This document shows, piece after piece, positions 58,667 to 64,000 of a stretch of 64,000 nucleotides of DNA. Location of the stretch: assembly GCA_026397375.1 (NCBI GenBank), contig JAPLUZ010000022.1:24234-88233 (forward strand), written 5' to 3'. Within the stretch, counting starts at the first letter, position 1; each line of letters opens with the position of its first letter. The notes beneath the pieces were generated by a model that saw only the letters and a program-made list of their open reading frames with translations, did no database searches and was not told the DNA's origin. A program made the translations under genes and the position numbers. Source of the stretch: Candidatus Aenigmatarchaeota archaeon (lineage in GTDB: Archaea; Aenigmatarchaeota; Aenigmatarchaeia; GW2011-AR5).

Positions 58667-59095
58667 ATGACTATGAACTGGAAAAAGTTCAGCAGGGGAG
58701 TATTTCTTGTAAATGTTCTTGGTATCATATATAACAAAAACACTGGAAAGATACTGATCGGAAGAAGACAAAACGATCCTCATATAAAAAAACTTTCTTG
58801 GTGTTTCCCTGGTGGTCGGCCCTCTTATGGAAAGGATCTGGAATTCTATCTCAAAAAGGAAATAAAAACAAAGACCGGGCTGTCCGTAAATGTTAAGGAA
58901 GCTGTTTTTGCAAAGACATACCCTGAAAACCGCAAATTTCTTTCTATTTATTATTATTGCGAACCTGTAGGCAAAAAAGAAAAGCCCGGCGAGAAGTTTG
59001 TCGAGCTCAAATGGATAAAGCCAGACGCTGCAAAGAAATATTTTACCACGTCCCTGCATCCAAAACTGTGGAAGTATCTTAGAGAATTAAAATGA
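58667..59095 (+). CDS. Nudix-fold protein with degenerate Nudix box
   Basis: PGGRPSYGKDLEFYLKKEIKTKTGL: spacing of the Nudix box conserved but REuxEE catalytic residues replaced (KEIKTK). Confidence 0.45.
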   Translation: MTMNWKKFSRGVFLVNVLGIIYNKNTGKILIGRRQNDPHIKKLSWCFPGGRPSYGKDLEFYLKKEIKTKTGLSVNVKEAVFAKTYPENRKFLSIYYYCEPVGKKEKPGEKFVELKWIKPDAAKKYFTTSLHPKLWKYLRELK

Positions 59096-59250
59096 TCAGG
59101 CTTCTTACAAGTTTATCATTATTCTGATAAGTAATGGCTTTCTTGCTACATTTTCTTCTGGCAGATGAAACGGACAGAATGCCGCTTCCATGCCCTTTAT
59201 CTTGTAGGTAAACATCGTAGGTAGTTCACAAACCATGCATTTCATTTTCA

Positions 59251-61548
59251 TCAACCCATGTAGTTTGTTTCTTCTTCCATTGCATGCTGCTTTTTCTTCT
59301 TCAGGACGGATTCGTAGTACTGGTTCATTTCCTGCGTAAGCGAAGGTTTTATTTCTTTCAAAGCATTCTCAAAGTCGTGCTTCGTCACTTCAGCCGCTTC
59401 TAAATTTCTTCTCATGGCAAATATGCCAGCTTCACGGCATACTGCTTCCAGGTCAGCGCCGGAGTAGCCATTGGTTTCTTCTGCGATATGTTTTATATCT
59501 ACATCCTTCTCAATGGGCATGTTCTTTGTGTGGACCCTTAATATTTCTAATCTTGCTGTTTCATCTGGCGTATGCACAAGTATTTGCCTGTCAATGCGGC
59601 CCGGCCTCAGCAATGCGGAATCGAGCATGTCCGGCCTGTTTGTTGCAGCGACAACAATGACTCCCTGAAGATCTTCAAGACCAGAGATTTCTGACAATAG
59701 CTGGGATACGACACGCTCGGTGACTTGACTATCAGCTGATCCGCCCCTTTTTGGCACCAATGAGTCTACTTCGTCAAAAAATATTATACATGGAGATACC
59801 TGGCGTGCTCTTCGGAATATATCACGCACGTGCTTTTCACTTTCACCAACCCACATGGACAAAAGTTCCGGTCCTTTAACGGAAATAAAGTTGGCGCCGC
59901 TTTCGTTGGCAATAGCCTTTGCCAGCAGGGTCTTTCCAGTGCCTGGAGGTCCATACAACAGCACGCCGGTTGGTGATTTTATGCCCAGTCTCTTGAAAGA
60001 ATCAGGATATTTCAGCGGCCATTCTATTGTCTCTTGCAGCAGCTTCTTCACGTCTTCTAGGCCGCCTATGTCTGTCCATTTGACCTGTGGAATTTCTATG
60101 AGGACTTCCCGCATGGCAGATGGCTCAACCATTCTCAAAGCCTGTTCAAAGTCCTCTTTCGTCACGATGAGCTTCTTCAATATATCCTGCGGTATCGGCG
60201 TGTTGTCTTTTATCATGTTTATGTCCGGAAGAACCCTACGCACCGCGTACATGGCTGCTTCTTTGCACAGGGCAGCTATGTCAGCACCTACGTAGCCGTA
60301 AGTTATTTCAGCTGTTTTTGTGAGGTCAACATTCTTGGCAAGAGGCATTCCTCTTGTGTGAATCTGCAGAATTTCTTTCCTGCCGTCCTTGTTAGGCACG
60401 CCAAGCTCTATTTCCCTGTCAAATCTGCCTGGTCGACGTAATGCAGGGTCTATAGAATTGGGTATATTTGTTGCCCCTATTATGATAATCTTGCCTCTGC
60501 TCTTTAGTCCGTCGAGAAGTGTGAGCAACTGTGACACGACACGCTTTTCCACTTCACCTTTTACCTCTTCTCTTTTTGGAGCAATTGCATCCAGTTCATC
60601 AATAAATATTATGCTTGGCGCATTTTTCTCAGCCTGGTCAAAAACCTTGCGGAGATTTTCTTCAGACTCGCCGTAGAACTTGCTCATGATTTCCGGGCCG
60701 TTGATTACAAAGAAACGTGCGCCGCTTTCGTTGGCAACGGCCTTTGCCAGAAGCGTTTTACCTGTTCCAGGAGGGCCATGAAGCAGAATACCGCGTGGCG
60801 GCTCTATGCCTAAGCGCTCAAAAAGCTCCGGGTGCTTTAGTGGCAACTCTATCATTTCCCTAACTTTTTTCACTTCTTCATGCAGACCGCCCAAGTCTTC
60901 GTAAGTAACTTCTGGTATTTTTTCCTCTTCCAACGGCTTTGTTGCCTGCGGCAGAAGTTCTATATCTGTTGCCCTTGTTATACGAACAGTACCTTTTGGT
61001 TCTGTATTTACAACAACGAATTTTTCTTCACCAAAAGGCGTGAACATAAAATCATTAATATCAACGCCGAAAAATTGCTCAAACAATGTTGCCTGACTTC
61101 GTCTATCTTGAACAATAGGATTAGGAATTATTATGTCGCCTGTTACTACAGGGCGCATTAAGAGATTTTGCTTAAGCAGGTTTCCGCCCATGTGAATAAT
61201 TATTCCCTTGCGGGCGGGCGCTATGGTAACGGATTTGGCTTCTTTCACGTCGGATTTCTTTATCTTTATGGCCTCGCCAATACCGGCGCCGCAATTTCTT
61301 CTCTCAAGGCCGTCCATCCTTATTACGTCCAGGCCCACGTCAACTGGATAGGCCCTAACGGCTATTGCTGCTGTCTTCCTCTTACCTTCTATTTCGATAA
61401 CGTCGCCTTCGCTGACGTTTATGCCCTTCATGTCCTTGGCAGAAATGCGGACGATACCTCTACCAAAATCCCCTCTTTCGGTAAGCTCGCCGACCTTGAG
61501 CTTCAAACCATTGCCGTTTTTATCACCATTTTCTTTTTCTTCTGGCAT
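59251..61548 (-). CDS. cdc48: CDC48/VCP-like AAA+ ATPase (VAT homolog), two AAA domains
   Basis: 765 aa; two Walker A (GPPGTGKT x2), two Walker B ([16 protein letters not shown]), N-terminal double-psi barrel region similar to Thermoplasma VAT. Confidence 0.9.
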   Translation of the reverse strand: MPEEKENGDKNGNGLKLKVGELTERGDFGRGIVRISAKDMKGINVSEGDVIEIEGKRKTAAIAVRAYPVDVGLDVIRMDGLERRNCGAGIGEAIKIKKSDVKEAKSVTIAPARKGIIIHMGGNLLKQNLLMRPVVTGDIIIPNPIVQDRRSQATLFEQFFGVDINDFMFTPFGEEKFVVVNTEPKGTVRITRATDIELLPQATKPLEEEKIPEVTYEDLGGLHEEVKKVREMIELPLKHPELFERLGIEPPRGILLHGPPGTGKTLLAKAVANESGARFFVINGPEIMSKFYGESEENLRKVFDQAEKNAPSIIFIDELDAIAPKREEVKGEVEKRVVSQLLTLLDGLKSRGKIIIIGATNIPNSIDPALRRPGRFDREIELGVPNKDGRKEILQIHTRGMPLAKNVDLTKTAEITYGYVGADIAALCKEAAMYAVRRVLPDINMIKDNTPIPQDILKKLIVTKEDFEQALRMVEPSAMREVLIEIPQVKWTDIGGLEDVKKLLQETIEWPLKYPDSFKRLGIKSPTGVLLYGPPGTGKTLLAKAIANESGANFISVKGPELLSMWVGESEKHVRDIFRRARQVSPCIIFFDEVDSLVPKRGGSADSQVTERVVSQLLSEISGLEDLQGVIVVAATNRPDMLDSALLRPGRIDRQILVHTPDETARLEILRVHTKNMPIEKDVDIKHIAEETNGYSGADLEAVCREAGIFAMRRNLEAAEVTKHDFENALKEIKPSLTQEMNQYYESVLKKKKQHAMEEETNYMG

Positions 61549-61593
61549 AGCTAATCACTATTTATTTTGTATATCATTTATTTATGTTAAACC

Positions 61594-61941
61594 TTACTGT
61601 TCATGAAACAACTGTTCTATTTTTCCCCTGTCTTTTATCATTGCCTCCATCATTTCGCACTCCACTTTGTCAGACCATTCCTGAAAGTAACTCATGACGC
61701 GGTCCATGTTTTCCATGGCTATCATAAAGGCTGAGTCGGCTATCTTCACGTGTGGTATTTCGTCGAGCAATCCCGGCCTTCTGTATTCGTACTTCTTGCC
61801 GTTTTTCGGGACTGTCTGGTTCCATCCGTGCAGCTCTTTGAAAAACTTTATTCTTTCGTAGTCGGAATCAAACTTTTCCGGATTCGTATGAAACGTAATT
61901 ATCGCGACTGGCACACCATTGTTTCTAATCTCTACTCTCAT
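61594..61941 (-). CDS. Hypothetical protein (115 aa)
   Basis: ORF only, no overlap, plausible promoter spacing. Confidence 0.3.
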   Translation of the reverse strand: MRVEIRNNGVPVAIITFHTNPEKFDSDYERIKFFKELHGWNQTVPKNGKKYEYRRPGLLDEIPHVKIADSAFMIAMENMDRVMSYFQEWSDKVECEMMEAMIKDRGKIEQLFHEQ

Positions 61942-62087
61942 TACGACACCTCAGACAAATAACTATTTGCTGAGTTAGAGTAATGTAGTATACTAAAAGT
62001 ATTTAAGTTTTACGGTTGGACGTTCTGTCGAGGTAGCGGTTGGGTGATTTGTGACATGTTTATATTTAGTCTAAACAATGTAGTAAA

Positions 62088-62855
62088 ATGAGAATTGGCG
62101 GCATACCAAACTTTTTAAGAAGTGTTTTTTTGGTCGGCGGCATTATTAATCTTATTGTAGACCTTATAATCTTTGTTGTCATTCTAATATTTTTGATCAA
62201 ATTTAATGCCCCCTGGGAGATTTTTTTAATAGTCATTCTGGGCTTTGCCATTGCGATTTCTTTCAGCATACTACGCATCTACAGACTAAAGTCTCTGGAT
62301 TTGTCAGTAAGGGAAATTCCAAAGCGAGTAGACGCAATGCAACCAACAGATAAATCAGAAGCAGCGTTCGAGCCTCAAAGTAACGTCGGCGGCGAAAAAA
62401 TAATTGGTGCTATATATGGCATTTTATACGGCGGATGGAAAACCAATGTTCAAGTAATGGGCGTTGGCGGCATGTCACACCCTGAAAATTCTATGTTTAT
62501 TACAAACAAAAGAGTAATTTTTGTGTGCGTGCCTGTCCCCGGCGGAGGGCGTTCGTTAGGTAGAATGGATTTTACTAAGATGAATGTCGCAATAAACAAC
62601 GAATATATTGAAGAAGAGGGCAAAAGAATGATCGAGAATATGACGCCACAGCAAATTCTCGAATTCGATAAAAACAATTATGATATACCGCTGAATAAAA
62701 TAAAAGAAATAAATTCTGGACTTTTCAAAGCCGGAATAAATTTTGTTACAACAGACGGCAAAAAATTCAGATTTTTGGTAAGGAAAAAAGAACAGATGAC
62801 GGAACTTAAATTGATATTTGCCAAGTATCTACCACAAATACTAGTGAAAATATAA
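62088..62855 (+). CDS. Membrane-anchored hypothetical protein (two N-terminal TM helices plus soluble domain)
   Basis: 255 aa ORF; hydrophobic N-terminus. Confidence 0.35.
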   Translation: MRIGGIPNFLRSVFLVGGIINLIVDLIIFVVILIFLIKFNAPWEIFLIVILGFAIAISFSILRIYRLKSLDLSVREIPKRVDAMQPTDKSEAAFEPQSNVGGEKIIGAIYGILYGGWKTNVQVMGVGGMSHPENSMFITNKRVIFVCVPVPGGGRSLGRMDFTKMNVAINNEYIEEEGKRMIENMTPQQILEFDKNNYDIPLNKIKEINSGLFKAGINFVTTDGKKFRFLVRKKEQMTELKLIFAKYLPQILVKI

Positions 62856-63175
62856 CTGTATTTATGTTTAATTCTCTTTTGTTTTGCTGCTATTGAAAGA
62901 ATGATATTATATATTCGGTGTATCAGTCGTATATAGGACAGCATCTGCGGAATGGCACTACCTTAATTGACAGTATTTACTTTCTCATGTGCTTGAAGAA
63001 CTGGATCTGCCTCTCCCTTTTCAGCGCCTTTTCGTAGGAGCTGAAGATCCCGAGCTTCTTTTTGCCGTCGTGAGAGAACAGAACATACTTTTTGCCGACC
63101 TTTTTGATAACCATGCAATCACATTCTGATTATATATTTGAGCGATTTAAATCCTCTCTCGTTTTTAGTGTAAAC

Positions 63176-63853
63176 ATGAAGATGCTGACAAACAGCCCTA
63201 TTGATAAACTATTGGACGGCGGGCTGGAAAAGGACGCAATAACCAATATTTACGGGCCGCCGGGCACAGGAAAAACAAACATAGCACTGTCAGCAACACT
63301 GGCGTGTTTGAAGGACAAAAAAGTTGCCTACGTGGATACAGAAGGCTCGTTTTCTCTGGAAAGATTCAAGCAGATGGGCGGAACTGAGAAGGATCTGAAA
63401 AACATAATTATGGTTCACGTGCATGACTGGAAGGAGCAGCACAAGAAGATAATGGAACTGGAAAAAATAATAGAGAAGGAAAAAGACGTAGGCCTGGTTG
63501 TTGTCGACTCGCTTGTGGCACTGTACAGGCTGGAAATGGATGAAAAGAACTTTTCTCTTGTGAACAAACAGCTGGCAACGCAGTATTCCATATTCTCAAA
63601 AATTACCAGGACAAAAAATATTCCCATACTCGTTACAAACCAAGTATACAGCAAAGGCGATGAAATAGAGATAACCAGCAGGCAGGTGGCAAGGTACTGG
63701 AGCAAGACGCTTGTGGAATTAAGGAGACTGGAAAAAGACAACCAGCGCATAGCTATCCTGAGAAAGCATCGCAGCCTGGCCGAAGGCAGAAGTATAGAGT
63801 TTGAAATAACAGAAAAAGGATTGAAGGAAACAAAGGTTTTTGGCGTTTTCTAG
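63176..63853 (+). CDS. radB: DNA repair and recombination protein RadB (RecA/RadA paralog)
   Basis: [30 protein letters not shown] (Walker A), VVVDS Walker B; about 225 aa, typical RadB size; frame opens at 63092. Confidence 0.75.
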   Translation: MKMLTNSPIDKLLDGGLEKDAITNIYGPPGTGKTNIALSATLACLKDKKVAYVDTEGSFSLERFKQMGGTEKDLKNIIMVHVHDWKEQHKKIMELEKIIEKEKDVGLVVVDSLVALYRLEMDEKNFSLVNKQLATQYSIFSKITRTKNIPILVTNQVYSKGDEIEITSRQVARYWSKTLVELRRLEKDNQRIAILRKHRSLAEGRSIEFEITEKGLKETKVFGVF

Positions 63854-64000
63854 ATCAGGCTCAGCGAGCCTTTGTAGATAAGGATTATAACGAGCAGAAC
63901 TTTCAGCGGCCACAGGCCTGTCACGGCAAAGAAGATGAACAATGCGCAGATTATGTCGACCATGCCGAAAATGACGCCCACGGAGTCGGCGACACTGGCT
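63850..64000 (-). CDS. C-terminal fragment of a membrane protein running off the window end
   Basis: Minus-strand frame reads ...ASVADSVGVIFGMVDIICALFIFFAVTGLWPLKVLLVIILIYKGSLSLI* with its stop at 63850-63852. Confidence 0.3.
   Translation of the reverse strand, partial: ASVADSVGVIFGMVDIICALFIFFAVTGLWPLKVLLVIILIYKGSLSLI

Noticed and set aside
61942-62087. Relatively GC-rich stretch (ggttggacgttctgtcgaggtagcggttgggtg) considered as a tRNA or small RNA
   Set aside because: No T-loop GTTCRANNC motif or acceptor/anticodon stem arrangement could be fitted by eye, and no convincing C/D box pair. Probably just the divergent promoter region of cdc48-side and the membrane-protein gene
1-64000. Searched for CRISPR arrays, cas genes, transposases/IS elements, integrases, restriction-modification or toxin-antitoxin pairs
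   Set aside because: No regularly spaced direct repeats longer than the 2-3 copy micro-repeats listed, and no ORF with recognisable transposase/integrase/Cas motifs. The window appears to be a core chromosome plus a glycosylation island without obvious mobile elements

Overview
Low-GC, AT-rich archaeal chromosomal segment (euryarchaeal, possibly Thermoplasmata-like; the Cdc48/VAT and aNAC sequences and RadB point that way, but no search was run). Gene content, in order: (1) a mevalonate-entry operon HMG-CoA synthase / thiolase / DUF35 interrupted by three tightly coupled small ORFs; (2) a replication island: a ~410 bp non-coding stretch with two ORB-like Orc1-binding elements and AT-rich flanks (candidate oriC), then orc1/cdc6, a PolD small-subunit (DP1)-like gene with degenerate phosphoesterase motifs, and a full family-B DNA polymerase; (3) housekeeping genes (aNAC, SecD/SecF, geranylgeranyl reductase, TctA-like permease, a tiny histone-fold-like protein); (4) an oligosaccharyltransferase AglB/STT3 homologue split into two ORFs, followed by a ~30 kb glycosylation island (about 18-49 kb) with about ten GT2/GT4 glycosyltransferases, two GT-C membrane transferases, a Wzx-like flippase, several methyltransferases (one FkbM-type frameshifted) and three nucleotide-sugar pathways: GDP-6-deoxyhexose (Gmd/Rmd-like plus GDP-fucose synthase), CDP-3,6-dideoxyhexose (RfbF-RfbG-RfbH) paired with a YerE-like ThDP enzyme and a reductase, and a complete GDP-D-glycero-D-manno-heptose pathway (GmhA, HddA, a GmhB-HddC fusion, an HldD-like epimerase); (5) an unusual ribbon-helix-helix::sugar-nucleotidyltransferase fusion preceded by a 10-bp tandem repeat; (6) a large lamin-tail-domain surface protein full of N-glycosylation sequons; (7) a metallophosphoesterase-Lhr helicase pair, pyrE-like/pyrF, a methionine aminopeptidase remnant with an internal deletion, a glutamine-amidotransferase homologue lacking its catalytic Cys/His, a degenerate Nudix protein, Cdc48/VAT, and RadB. 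No rRNA, tRNA, CRISPR or obvious transposase was seen. All calls come from reading the translations and DNA by eye; no database search was possible.
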